Assembly: GCA_002633005.1 (NCBI GenBank) | Contig: NMRA01000027.1 | Location: forward strand, 719,265 to 783,264 | Source of the DNA: Phoronis australis | Lineage: Eukaryota; Animalia; Phoronida | Length of the DNA stretch: 64,000 bases | Direction: 5' to 3' | In this document: positions 26,745 to 40,167 of the stretch, one piece after another | How the letters are laid out: each line of letters opens with the position of its first letter | How positions within the stretch are numbered: the stretch's first letter is position 1 | Position numbers and translations under genes: made by a program | The notes under the pieces: model-generated | The model's database searches: none | Seen by the model: only the letters and a program-made list of their open reading frames with translations | What the model was told of the DNA's origin: nothing

Positions 26745-29700
26745 GGAAAAACCAAGACACAGCAATGATTCTGGGTTTTTCCAGGCGTGAATCACGCCAT
26801 CTCATCGTAACGTAAAACAGTTATGTCTAAGATGGAATGAAGCGCTTCAAATACACTCCTCAGTAAGAAATCACCTCATGTCAAAATTTCGCACAAGCAC
26901 ATTGTAAAGGGTCCCTAAGTAACACGTTCATTATCTTTCTTGACACACATCCAAAGCAAGTTCACGCTCCCACGCTGGGGCTATTCGGAGGATTCTCCTC
27001 GCGGTGTCGCTGCTGTACTAGTGGTGATTGAATTGCGCATGCGTCGCTGTCTGCATGTAAACAGCTGGTAAAAAGACGGATTGTTATCAAAATACGTCGT
27101 CGCGCAAAGCCTTATTATTGCTATTTTGCCTGGTGCAAATCTTCGACAGATGGTCACAAATTACCAAAAGACCTAAGGTTACTACATTCGTGGAGAGTTG
27201 CGGTCAAAAGGGTCAACCAACTGACAAAAAGTGTGTGGATGCGGAAGCCCTGGGAGACTACGTAACATTACTGCCAGTGTCATTACTTGAACGCTTGGTA
27301 GGTTTTTAGCAATCAAGTTTCTATCGACATCGTTCGGTGATGTTATCCCCACCAGTTACCCCACTGAATAACGGGTTTATTAAATGGAACTAAGTGTTTC
27401 TTTTCGGAAACTTACCCAGGGGACTCGGATGCTGGGTAGGCTAGCAGCAAATATTCACATATTGTCCTCCAGGGGTGGGACGGTGCGCCTAATATAAGAG
27501 GTGTATACCGTGTATGGTACGTGACGCTCAGAAGTCGAGGGTGACTTCTTTCACAGCAGTTTCTCTTCAAAGTTATGCTATGTCCAATGAAATTCTCTAG
27601 ACGAGTGAGTTTCCTTTTTTATAGCAGACCCCACCCCCCAGGACTACCAGATTAGTTACCGAATTGATGAATAAGCTATTCAGTCAGTGTTATAGCATTG
27701 CATTGCAATAAAAGTTGACACCTAGAATGAATTTTACTTGTTAAGGTCAGATGCACATTTTAGGTGTCATGAAAAATACACTTTTAGCCTGTTTCACATA
27801 GTTTAATTTAGATCTTAAACAGTACACACCATGGATTTTTGCACATTTTGAATTACCGCTGGCCACAGACTAAATGTATGACGTAAAATTTAGCTAAACC
27901 CATGTTTATTTTGTATAATTAGCTCGAAATTTTGATTTTTCTTTCAATTTTGCCAATTTTCACATTTCCCGCCATGTGACGTCATGGGTTGAACACAAGA
28001 GATCAGTGACTAGCATTGAACAATGGCGGAGAGCAGTGAATTTGAAAGCGACGACGATTATGAGTAAGAATTGAATGAATACTATGAAGAAACGTACGGG
28101 AATGGTGGCCAGGATGAGGAAATGGGGTTGCACGAAAGCGAGAACAAGTTTGATGTGCTTCCGGCTGCGCACTTTTCTACGAGCCTTACGAACTGGATCC
28201 TCCCGCGAGAGAAGCGGCCTCGGGCTCGGCGAGTCAACCCAGACATCCAACAGACGATCCTGAATTAAGAGCCGATGTTTCTGAATGATAAATATTACCC
28301 TTTATTGAACCAGGCCTTCATCGTAACATCTCCTGTGACTGGAGTCGAAACACGAGTCCTCAAAGTGGGCAAAACACAGAGTGGCCCCGGACCGAATCGC
28401 TTAGTCCACGATGAGTCCACTCTCGTTCGGCGCACGAAGCGATGCCACTTCTGCGCAACTTAGGTGTCCTTCGGAACACCGAGACGTTCTCCTCCTGTCT
28501 GCTGTTGCTGCAGCCTCCGGCAACACATCTTTTGATCCCTCTGCGAACCTTCTCGACGCTAAATGTACTTTGCTTTTACTTCACTCTATACACTTTGTCT
28601 CTGATCCGAACAGTATGGCGAACGACTTGGGTTCAACCCATGACGTTGTACATAATTGTTATTTTTTCAATTTTTGCGTGTTTCTTTATGAGCTGTGCAC
28701 TAAAGGCACTGAAATCAAGTAAGATATAATAATAAAATTTATTTTGAGGTACTAGAGTCATGTTGTGTACACTTTAAATAAGACTTGGGTACAAAGATTA
28801 TTAGTTTCTACATCTAAACATGAAGGTGAAACGTCAAGTATGTTCTGCCTTACTAAAGTAGTTTTGTCTTGTGCTTTCTTTTATAATTTGCTAATATTTC
28901 TCTGACTGTTCTGTTACAGGTGAGAGAAAACAACTGAAACCAGCCGCCTGACCATCTGTTTTACCTTTGGACAAAGTGAAAAGCAATCCTTCAGCTATAA
29001 ACTTAGAGAATTGAGCCTAATTCAGAAATTCAGCCCTTGACATACCTGATTATGGTCTCCATTGCGTGGGAAATTTACAATTGTTTTTAACAATGTTGCT
29101 TCTTCATATACTTTTCTTGCAGGTGGAACTTTTAATTGTTGTGGACAAGTTACCACAAAACTTAAAATTGTTCAAATGCCTTCTTAAGAAAGCTCTGAAA
29201 ATAATTACACACACAAACAAATCAAATGCAAACAAAGGGAATACTTCAAGTTCAAGTTGGTCGCTGCACATTTCTAGAGGTCAACAGGAAAACGACAATG
29301 CGCAAGCGTAATCGCTAATCATTTCAGCTTTATAAAGAATAAGCACAACTGCACTGTATGGGGCTTTAAAACTGAGGAAATATGGTGGTTTAAATAATTA
29401 GTGACAAACTTGCCTGTTGATGAAAAATTTATTCGACCATCAAAGTGTAACATTAACGGGCTTTATACTGACAATAAGACAATCGATGCAGTCACTGAAT
29501 GTCATTTCCCCATAATTTGTACCAAATTGAAAAGTTTTTACCATTAGTATAAAGCCTTTCTTCTGATAGGAAAAGTTGAATGTCACCCAGTGAGAAAGGA
29601 CAGGTATTTATACCACCGGATGCAGTCCAGGTCCAGTTTCGCCACGTGGCTTTCCTTCATATAAGGTCATTCAGCGTCAGTAACATCCACAATTAGATCC

Positions 29701-30967
29701 TTAAAGGTAAACACAACAGCATATCGCTTGACTCGCTTTGTGCCAAAAATCTGACCCTGAACTAGACCAGAGTGTCACTGCGTCTTCTTTAGCTTCAATC
29801 CAGCACGTTTCTTCCAGGAAAGGAAATAAGCTATACTATTGTCCACACATGAGTTATTGCCTGTGAAAGGGCATCCTCACCAACGAGGCTGACTTGTGTA
29901 GCAGTCAGATATAGTTCCTCTTGGTACACAAACAACACTTTGTCTTATTGTAACTTTGTTACTGCGATTCACATTTCACCAGGGCCACTGACATGTCAAG
30001 TTGTGCCATGCAGGCACTAATGGTGTTTGAAAATGCTGTGGGAAGATAAAGGAGTAACAAAGCTTGTTCGTTGTCTCCGATGAAGAAAGTAGGCTTTATT
30101 AACTGATCTACATGTACAATGGATGGGAAGATCTTGCTGGTTAGCTGCAAACAACTGCTTAAAACCAATTTTTGTCCATTCAGCCGGGGTCGATGCAGAA
30201 GCGATGCATATCTCCTCTGCACGGTACAAGCCCTCAAACCTAAGAACCCAAGGTCACGTGAAGACAGACATGATAGATTTTCATTCCAACGTGTAATAAA
30301 TTTCCGGAAGACACAGGATAGGGAGAAAACAAATAATCTAATGGATATTTACGTACCCTTTCACGGCCTTTGCCATGGCATTGGGCTTGGATTGTAATCT
30401 CACTAACCCGATATCGAGTTAAACATTCAGCATTCATTGATGTAACTGTCACTGATAAACCTGTTAGAAATCATTCCAAACAATAATACTGTTTTGATGT
30501 ACGAAAAGATCCCGAGTGCTACGTCAAGTATCGTAACGCGCATCACAACAAACAAAGATTAACCCGACTGGCGACTGCCGCGAAGTCGACATCGGCTATC
30601 GAGTATCTCAGTTAACAGGCATCAGTAGAATAAACATGGAATAATCGTTAAAATAATTACAAACCTTACCTTTGTGTGAGGTCGTGCTTAGTTCTTTCAT
30701 AGAAGTGCCGTTTTTACGCAATCTCAGATTCAGTTGGCACGCCTACAAGCCATTTCACCATGTATTTAAAGGGCGCGCGAAAACGAGGCTGTTAATCTAT
30801 CACCACTAGTACAGGCGCGCCCTCTAGTTAATGTAAATTTTACGAATATCCCCATTTTCAACACGAACTGGCCTAGTTCATTGTCTGGGGCGTGACTATA
30901 GTAAATCCCAAATTCGGCTCTTCTGGTGGCGCAAAATTTTCATTTTACATTTTTATTGGTTTTCACC
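26745..30967. mobile_element. Old, decayed THAP-encoding DNA transposon (Kolobok-like architecture); boundaries approximate
   Basis: THAP remnant on + (27119-27297: CYFAWC..HKLPKD..W..AVKR..W..*..CQCH; continuation GERKQLKPAA*PSV after the acceptor at 28919), convergent spliced minus-strand remnants at ~29600-30761, inverted 16-mer CTGTACTAGTGGTGAT at 27013 and 30799, right end ...GGTTTTCACC-TTAA. Confidence 0.5.
27819..28773 (-). mobile_element. Non-autonomous Kolobok-type element (short version of 53297-59323, inverted)
   Basis: TTAA TSD on both sides; imperfect TIRs ACAGTACACACCATG / AGTGTACACAACATG; THAP remnant on -, acidic KolX-like N-terminus (MAESSEFESDDD) on +; near-identical to 53297-54126 plus 59181-59323. 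Confidence 0.85.
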
Positions 30968-31062
30968 TTAAACTTTAGACCCCTAAATTAGCGTATTTTG
31001 GAACATCCTCGGTGCAGAACGACCCCTTTGACAGTGAACTCTAATTCTATCGGATCTCCTAG

Positions 31063-31687
31063 TGTAACATTTTTAATGAAAAGAGAGTATAAATATTTCT
31101 GGAGCAGAAATCAGCGTCATTCTCAAAAGAAAAAGTTAGGAGACGAGGAATCTCAGTAACTTTGCAGAATCAAGTATTTTAGGCAGATCACCGAGTCTGT
31201 AGAGTTTCAAGGAGTGTATTCAGTCACTGACAAGGATCATACTGATGCACAAAACAAGAATTGGATGTTCATGCGTGGATAAGATCAAAGGGAGCAATTT
31301 CTGTAAGTCTCATTAGAGTTTATGAGCTATGAAATGTTCTAGAATATAAAATGTTTTAAGATAAATGTTGGTTTGTAAAATGAAGTTTAAAGTTCATATG
31401 TAAAATGTGGTTTAAAGTTCACTATACCGATTCAGTTAGATTTGAGTAATTTTGACTTATTTCTTAGAGTGACTATTGTTAGATTCGGTTTGATATAGTA
31501 TTGTCATGTATTTAGAGTATTTTGTGTATTTTCATAGATTTACAGTTCTCACAAGGTTCTCACATAGTTCTCACACGGTTCTCACAAGGATTCAAGGTTT
31601 TCACCGAGGTTCCAAGTGGAATTAGTAAATAAAATCATCCCGTCAAACTCGGACTTTGATTTTGTCTGTCCAACGCAGAACATTACA
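31063..31687 (+). mobile_element. Solo LTR
   Basis: TGTAA...TTACA termini, exact 5-bp TSD CCTAG, AATAAA near the 3' end (~31628), no coding sequence. Confidence 0.8.
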
Positions 31688-32699
31688 CCTAGTTTCTGTC
31701 TGGTAAGCGACAGCTTCATTGATTTTAATATCATTAACTTTAGGTTTCAACTTTAGCTTTCAAAAGTACCTTTCACTTTTAAACATTTGACTTTGGTAAC
31801 TCGGGCGATTGTAGAGTCGTCCCAATCTAAAGTAATTGATGTGGGTAGATACAAAAAAAGAATCATACCACACTAGTTACCGATAAAAACACATTTGTAG
31901 AGAATCATTTACCGGTACGGAGAGGTATATATCGCACTGGCACTCACAGTCTTCTCTTAGAAAAGTCAGGATCATATATTTAAATTTTGTCAGGTCAGTG
32001 CACAACAACTAATTGATTCAGGCAATTTGTTCCACAGAGAAACACTTCGATAAGAAGTTCATGCAGTAAGTAGGCTAGATGAACGAAATCTCGAGACAGG
32101 TGAGACATTTTGTCCCCCGAAGTTATAAGATGATTGACGCAATTTGAAACAATCTACATTACGTGGGCCTGCATGGTGGGCGTGTTTAAACACTTCTAAA
32201 GCTAGACACCATTCGATGAGCCACTCATGGAATAGAATGTGCCCTTGATAGCAAAGCTGAAACCGAGGAAAGGTAATCATTAAACACAAACTTGAGAGCA
32301 CTAAACTGAATCTTTTCATTTTTCTGCTTCGTAAAACACCGCTTAAATGCCAAACAAGTGTGGCAGTAATTGAAATACAATCAGACAAAAGCATGATAAA
32401 TTTTAACTTTGTTGTCTGCCTGGTCAAGAAGACTACGGAGTCGAGTTGCAAGGTTATAGTTTTATATTTGATATTTATTGTTACAAACTAACATCTATTC
32501 TTATCTATTTTTTCTTTCTTTGTGAGATGTCACCAAGGTTCATTCACTTGCGATGCGACCACGAATGTCTGTTGATGAGTTGCGTATGAAGATGGTCATC
32601 CTCGTCGTGAGTCACAACGACCAGTGATGACTGACAAGAAAGGAAAATCAATCTCCCACATTAGGGACTCGAAAGCGACCCAATAGGTAGATTTCATTT

Positions 32700-34000
32700 G
32701 ACAATTCGAGACTTGTTTCGGAATCAGTGGAATGACTGGACCTCCTTCGAGATGGCCCGTCATTCTGGCAATTGTTAAATTGTTTGAAGGGCCTACTGAG
32801 GCGTTAGGGTTTGTCCGAGTTACGGCAGATTTGTCAGATTACTGTGCGTTGAAAGTTTTGTTAGAACAGAGGTCCAATCAAGCATTGCGTTTTTGGTTAC
32901 GTGCTGTTGGCCGCAAAAGCATATCCAGACTTGGATACATTTTCTAGGGAGACTTTGGTATAAATCAGTTCATTTCAGGGTTAGGTGACCAGTCTTTAAA
33001 AAGACATGTTCAATTCAAACACCCGACGACCACAGACACTGCCATAGCTTTGACAGTTGAGCTTGAAGTGTTTGAGTCGGGGCTCTCAAGATAGCCGGAA
33101 ACCGTCTGGTGATCGAATCATGGCGCTGGGCCGGGTGCGGGAAATCAAAACTGGTAGCTTGACCATATATAAAAGGAACTCATCTCCGTGCAGATCGAGC
33201 TGGGGAGTTAACGCCGAAGAAATATGAAGCTTGTTTTTCCGTGCGGAGAAACTGGTCACCTGAGCCTCGAGTTTATGGTTCAGCGGGGACACTGAGTGCA
33301 TCGACAGTAACAACTCACCGGGCTCACAACAATCAGCCAGATAAATTTGCTAATAGGTCGTCAAACTAGTCATGGGGTGGCGCAGCCCCAACCGATCGAT
33401 ACGCGCAGTACTGAAACTTTCAATGGGGCCGGCTATAGCCCCCTATGATGCACCGCCATATAGTGTCGGCTGGATCCCATGTATGCTCGAAGTTATTTGA
33501 GACTTGACACTGACAGATTTTCCTTTTTAAGGAATTAAAGCCGAGGACGAAGCCGGGGAGAACGAGTTTGCGATCGGTTTCTAAATCAAAATGTGTCACC
33601 GTGCCATACCTCGTCAGTTGGCTAAATATTTCGCGAATATAAACTGTTATAGAGGGTGGGACGGCGTTTGCCCCTCGTACGTGTTTATCAACATATTCGA
33701 GGCTTGTTTTTCTGCAACTTTTAAATTAAGATTCTTGGTAAACGTGCAAATTTATTCTTGGGAACTTTTCTGACATTGACTTTTGAACATCTGAAGAAGG
33801 ATTTGATTCAAAATTCGCGTTGCCTTCCTCAGACGTGAAAGATATGGACCTGCATGGGACTGTGGCCCCAAGTACGCGGCAAGAAAATTTAATGTAGCCT
33901 GTTTGATGGGAGCGAAGCCCCCGGACAGTTTCGCAGGATGAGGATCGGACTGTACGATTCTGCCCTCGTGTGGGCGTGGCTAGGTCAACATGAAATCGAC
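32700..34000 (+). pseudogene. Degraded Ty3/Gypsy-like gag(-pol) fragment
   Basis: Frameshifted LLAAKAYPDLDTFSRETL / GINQFISGLGDQSLKRHVQFKHPTTTDTAIALTVELEVFE at ~32904-33080 matches the gag capsid C-terminal pattern; downstream sequence is highly decayed. Confidence 0.6.
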
Positions 34001-34099
34001 TGGAAGGCTTCAGTATTCATTGCTTTTTTAGTGCTAGATGCGACACTGGCTGCCGGCAATAGCGTTGTTGGCTAACTGCCTAGTCAACATTACAGTACA

Positions 34100-36600
34100 G
34101 GACCTAAGTAGGCCTACTGTCCAATTACCGTCCACGATACTGTCCCTGTACCGCATGCCAGTGCTGGCACAACGACGTCGTGCACTGGCAAACGTAGGCC
34201 TACTGGCCCTGTACCGTAAGCAATACCGGCCCTGTACCGGGCCAAAACCGGAGCGGTAACGGGCTGCAACAACTTTGTACGGTACGTATTGGCCCGTTAA
34301 TAAGCCAGTACCCTATATAGGGCCGGGCCGGTACGCTGGCCCTGTACTGGGCTGGCTTACTACGAGTAGTAGCCCAGTACATTATGGCTACCTTTGTAGT
34401 CATGGGCCTGTACTAGGCCAATACCGGAGCGGTAACGGGCCGGCTATAACAGATTCATACGATGCTGGGCATTAAATAAGCCAATACCGTATGCAGTGCC
34501 GAGGCCAGCATTGGTCCAGTAGTGGACCAGCTTACAAATTTCACAAAATCGTTCTGTACATGTAGAGCTCTGCAATTACTGGCATACCACTGAACCGTGA
34601 CACTTGTATGCTGATCAGCCAGTACTTTTCTACCAAACAGTTCAGTAGCTGGTGCTGGTTCTTGGCCACATTCTATCTGCAGTAGTTACCCTACTGTGCT
34701 GTTACAGAAATTTCAGTGTGTTATAGTCTCCTTTATGCTGTTATTTGGTTTTAAAATGTCTTACTGTTTGCCCAATGTTTGGTGTGGGTAATGAAAAAGT
34801 TCGGGCAATGAACAATGAAAATGTCTTTACTGTACATGTTTATTGCCACAACAAAAATATATTTGGTATGGTTCTTATTGTCACTAATTCTAATCTAAAT
34901 CTGCTTGTACTTCATCCAGCTCTTCCTGTTGTTGTTGCTGCCCTTCTAGCTGTTGCTCTAATCTGCTGGACAGCTCCCTCTGCCTTCTTCCGCCTTGCAC
35001 GGTCACGGGCACTCCGAAGCCATACTCCCAGAAGTTTCACAATGGCTCCTGAATTAAATGCAGATTTATTCAAACTTCCAATAACATAAATCAATACAGT
35101 TTAAATTGTAATCATATTGTGAATATGAGACCCAATGCTGGTAATAAACTAAATGTACGTTACCGAACGAACAAAAACTTCGCTTTAGTGTATGGGCCAG
35201 TTTGTCCACTTATTTATGATCTATGGTCGAGTGAATGCTATCTCGGATATTGTGCTTGATTTCAAACAACAGAGGTATGGGCCATCATAAACGAAAAGTT
35301 AAGATTTTAATTACTGATATCTATGTTGTACTTGAGGGTAAATAAAAAATCTGAGACATATGGCTCGTTGCATTGTTAGTAAAAATTTACCTTTCAAACA
35401 CAGTCGTTTCATTTCAGTGAAACAAGTCAAGTGACCCACAAGACCTCAAATCTATGAGTCATTTTTGAAAACCTTTAGTGGACACAACTCAATGCATCCC
35501 TTGGCCCAAGTGGAGCAACCCCAGCTCATTGAGAATTTTTACGCATCAATGATGCAGGCGCAGCCTGAAACTATCCCTTCATTCAAAGGAAAACTCCAGG
35601 ATTTCAGATGTTTGGGTACTACTTAATAGGATCTAAAATGAATTTTTAGATAACTTTAGCTAACTGGAAAAATAAATATTTTCCAAATTCTGAGTTTTCC
35701 CGAAAACAGTTATCATGTTACATGAGGTCACTGCCATTTTTAGTAACCAAGTCAACGTATAATGCTGTCTCCTACGTAGCCATTTAATTGAATCACTTGT
35801 CAGTTCCTGTTTGAAATTGTGTTGAACATTTCCTGAAAGCTCTTCAAGCTGTTAACAGTTTTTATATTTTGACACTGAGAATAGATCGAACCCCTAGCAG
35901 GCCTGAATAGGACTTGGTTTACCTGTGGCTGAGTTTCCGTCAGACTGTGGCTTCTTGATTTCAAAGTCTGACTGAGACACTCTCATCAAAGTCATGCATG
36001 GTTTGACTTCAAATACACCAACGTTTCACAAATTTAAACCAGAATCTCCCACAAAATGTTCACGTCATGTATCAAATTTAGATTTCGACAAATTAATTTT
36101 CTGAAGCTAGGAAGACCATAGAATTTCATTCCAGATTTTACATCGGTCTGTCATTAAATGGGTCACGTGACCAGGTATTTTTAGCAAAATTCGGCAAAAA
36201 ATGAAAGGTACATTCACAGCTGAACCAAGTTATCCATACAATGACCATTTAGATTGCAATGTCATGAAAAAAATTTCACAAAAATCACACGCTGACCACA
36301 AGTCAGATATGCATATAACTGGCATCATGATGACCATTTGGTCATTTTGCATTAGCAAAATCATACATAAATTTTATGAGAAACTGTTTTACCAGCTTAT
36401 TCTTCAGTGAGAAACTTTGGCTCAGAATTTCCTCCAGTTGGTCGACCTCAGCCATAGCTTTTAGAGGAAAACTGGACAATGGCGTAGCGGTGTCGTCACC
36501 AGCAAAAGAAACTTGTTGTAAGTTTATGAGCTTCCCCAAAAGTTTCTTCTGAATTGCGAAGTCATGAACAAGCTGCTCCACGTTCACCTAGATCTGCGAC
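34100..36600 (-). mobile_element. Remnant of a DUF4806-like gene with palindrome-rich subterminal repeats (possibly an EnSpm/CMC-type DNA transposon)
   Basis: Minus-strand fragments FPLKAMAEVDQLEEILS (36342-36587) and LGVWLRSARDRARRKK (34912-35094) resemble DUF4806 motifs; dense TACTGGCCC/GGGCCAGTA-type inverted repeats at 34100-34530. Superfamily assignment is inference. Confidence 0.45.
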
Positions 36601-39109
36601 AGAGTTACATCTCTCAAGCATACAAGTTAAATCATAAACATAACAATTTTCATGTTGTATAGCAAGCAATGCTATGTTTTGTAGCTAATAAAGTGACATG
36701 CTTTTCCACTCTTCAAAAATTATGTCAAATGTCGGTGACCAATGACCGCATTAACATTTTAAGTACACTAGAAGCAATTCTTTCACAAGCTACACCAAGT
36801 TAAATTCTTAAAACGTTGCTACACGAACTTTAACATACTACAATACTACTTTTGGAAAAGCGTATTGAGTTCACATCGCCAGGTCAAAAATGGCAAACTT
36901 CAAACTAAGATGAAATAAGAACGAAATTGACTATTAGCCAGAAATACACATGTGAACTCCACTTCAACCTCTGAAAACGATAAGCTGTGATCTTGCCTTA
37001 TGTCGCGATTTGATGCTTTGAAAACAACTGGCGTGTTTGGATTTGCTGGATGCTGGTGCCCCACAGGTTGGGATTTCCGTGGAGGGGAAATGGACTCCTC
37101 ATTCACAGAGTCACTAGGGCTGTACCTGGATGGTGCCTTATGTCTAAAATTACAGGATCCAGACTTAATTTAGGGTCAAACTCTTCAACCTACTTTTGAA
37201 AGGTGATCAACCTTGTCTTAATTTAACAGTGTTTCAAGGTTATGGTAATCCCAGATAGGTAACTTCAGAAAAAGCTCAACGTTCGGTTAACTTCCAAGGA
37301 ACATTTACCTCGATCTTTCAGTACATACCTCTCCAGTGCATGTATACTACTTTTGATATTGAGAGTTATGTTATAGAAAAATTGAGATAAGTGCCTGTGG
37401 TTAATCCTGCGTTGTAGCAGTCAATTATCTGAATGCCAAATCTTAGCAATGTTAATTAATTTACACTGTTTGCATTTCAAGTCAGTAAGCTGCTTGACTC
37501 AAAGTAGTCAAAATTCATAAACGATGACTTAATTAATCAGCCGGTGTTGATTAGACATTGTTAGTTAACCAGAGTATTAGGCTATATAATTAAAATATGT
37601 AGGTGATTATCCAGAAGGTACCCATGTTTAAGAAAAATGCTTTAAAGGGTACCTTTTTCGGCATACCGGCGCGTAATGCACGTTACACAGTTAGGCCTTG
37701 GGTATATTTTTCAGCCTTTTTGGCAATAAATGGAGTAAATTGAAGTAAAGGGACCCCTCTTGAAAATGGCTGCCCGGAACCAGTTTACACTGAATAACGG
37801 ACATTACCGTTACTCAGCGATAACTCGAGTGGCAGATCTATAGCAGAGTGGCCTCTCGGTGTGAGCCTGACATCAACAGGGAAATACTGAATGGTCACAG
37901 TTTTCGTTTAGATCAGGATGACCTGTGACTGCGCGGCATTGATGGAACACCAGTCCTCCAGTTTTGATATTGCACGCTAGAGATGCGCTTGGACTACTGC
38001 CTCTTGTTTGTCACTTGTCCACTGTATCTCATGGCGTCATGCCACACCGAGTCGAAAGCTTTTTACACATCTATCAATGGGCACCCGTGCACCAACTCTT
38101 GTCTAATGCCGCTTCACCTTCTGATATCAGTCTAACGATGTGTTCGGTTCCTTCTCGCTTTTTTCTATAATCTCTGTCTCGCCGGTTAGAGTGGGCTGTG
38201 TTTGGTTTGGGTATCCATGCACGCTAACAGGGGGAGGGGTGGTGGTTTGGGGGGCTCGAACGAAGTGGCGAAGTGGGCAAAAAGGTCCGCCTCAGAGAAA
38301 CAAAAAGTCCGAGAAAACGAGACTAAAATCCACAGGAATTCGGCGTGACAGCACAATTCCTAGGTCTGAACGTAACACCCCGTTTTTAGTCCCCGTGTTT
38401 TTTCAGTAAAAGGTCTACAAATTGAAAAATTCGAGCCTACCTATATTTTAGGCTGGCCGGGGGTTCACTCAGTTTTATCCAATGTGTGGTTAATAGCATT
38501 GCTGACCGTCTTACTGGCATGATCGATACCGGCTGGTGGTAGACTACGTACGGAGTGGGCTCTCCGTAGCCTTAAAAAGTTTTCCGAAATGAACAGAATG
38601 CAACTGAAATCACAGAGAAGCAACTGGGTAAATATTTCTTTCAGGGGATACATTTTGAACTGTTGAATCAGACCGTAGCTTAGTTTGGTCATTTAAGACA
38701 TACATGCAGGCACACGGATAGTGTGGAGGTTCTGGGTATCACTACCACTGTGGGTGCACTTAGCTGTCCGATGAACCTGTTGAGTTGTCTCTGGTAGAAC
38801 ACTCAGAGGTCGAAACGTGCCTTTTTTCTTCCTCAGGCTTAAGGTATCTTATGAATTGGTCGACACCAAGTGTTACTAGTAGAATTGAGTCTTTGCTCCA
38901 CGGAGGCCTGTAAAAATTTTCCCCCGAGTTGGTCGTTCGGACAGATCCAGTGCATATCCCTGAACTGCCTCAGTGTAACACCCAGGTTTCCCCCCTTATA
39001 CATGTAGCATTTGCTAATTTTACAGACAGTGCGCCATTCGTCCGCCAAGCTGTGTTTACAAAGAAAACACGGAAAAAACGGGACGTTGTGGCTTGCCCTG
39101 GTGTAGGCT

Positions 39110-39300
39110 CGCATGGCATGCAAATTACATGGCAACAAGAAATGGCATTCGCTCTCAATAACTCTCATCTCACAACAAGGGCATAATCTCTCTTCTCTTG
39201 GCACAAGGTACTGTCCCTTCATAACTATCAACAAGTGATTAGAACATTGAAATTTCGTCATCATTTTTCTGAGATTAACACTTTTTTAAACTTGAAACAT
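39110..39300 (-). pseudogene. 3' end fragment of a CR1/L2-type LINE ORF2
   Basis: TKFQCSNHLLIVMKGQY.VPREERLCPCC...IESECHFLLPC fits the common LINE C-terminal CCHC motif. Confidence 0.65.
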
Positions 39301-39554
39301 AATGTCCTAACATGAGAGTTGGCTTGTACTTAATGATACACGTTTAACAGCTTTCACTCAAGTAACGCTATTAATATTAACTTTAGGCTTAAAGACTTAA
39401 AAATAGTAATTATTTCGGTTATATTTCATGTGTAATATGTAACGATATATGCCTAGGGTTAGGGATTTCATTAGCGGTTTTCAAGCTCATTGTGCCTATT
39501 GCGGAGAGCCGGGTGACATTTATATGAAATTATCCTCTTACCGAACACGTTCGT

Positions 39555-40167
39555 AAAGGCGAAGGCAACCTTTTTCATGTCATTTTTAGCAAAAATGAGG
39601 TTCGTTGATTATCCCAGACATATTTTTTCACTTATTTACTGCTTTTCGTAATTTAATTAATTACTCGTCGTCTACTCCGGAAGTGACGTTTTGGGAGGGA
39701 AGAATTTCGCGCCAATAAGTTCTTTTCACATAGTGTGACTGTGAGAGTAGTCGAGTCAGTCATTGTTCTACCTCGGTTGTGATAACTTCGGTCGTCGTTT
39801 GCTTTTGCTTACGAGTCAACATGCCACGCTGTTGCTGCGTACTGGGGTGTACTCATTATCGTCTGACGTACAGAGGAAGAACTGTCCCACTTGCCCGAGT
39901 GTACCGCGACACACTCCCTCTGGAGGGTGATCTGAGCACCCAAACTGCTTAGATCCCGCCGTGTGACTCCCTTGCCACACACCTGGCACTTTCTAACTAG
40001 CTCCAATACAAGTCCACAATAAACTTATCAAACTTAGGCTCACCGATCTGTTCATTGGATGACGAACTGTCCTCTTCACTGGGTGTCGAACTGGGCCTGT
40101 ATTCACTCCCACTACTCAACATCGCTGCAGGGCTGCTTACAGGCTCTGGGCTAGAGACAACAGCACA
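39555..40167. mobile_element. Rearranged copy of the Kolobok element at 59968 (left TIR, THAP start, then an inverted internal fragment)
   Basis: AGGCGAAGGCAAC TIR and ATGCCACGCTGTTGCTGC (MPRCCC) start; 39871-40167 is the reverse complement of ~60690-60997. Confidence 0.8.

Noticed and set aside
38755-38822. CCGATGA-stem-CGAAAC Penelope-type hammerhead candidate
   Set aside because: The core is mutated (CCGA instead of CUGA) and no valid stem I or cleavage triplet geometry could be built.
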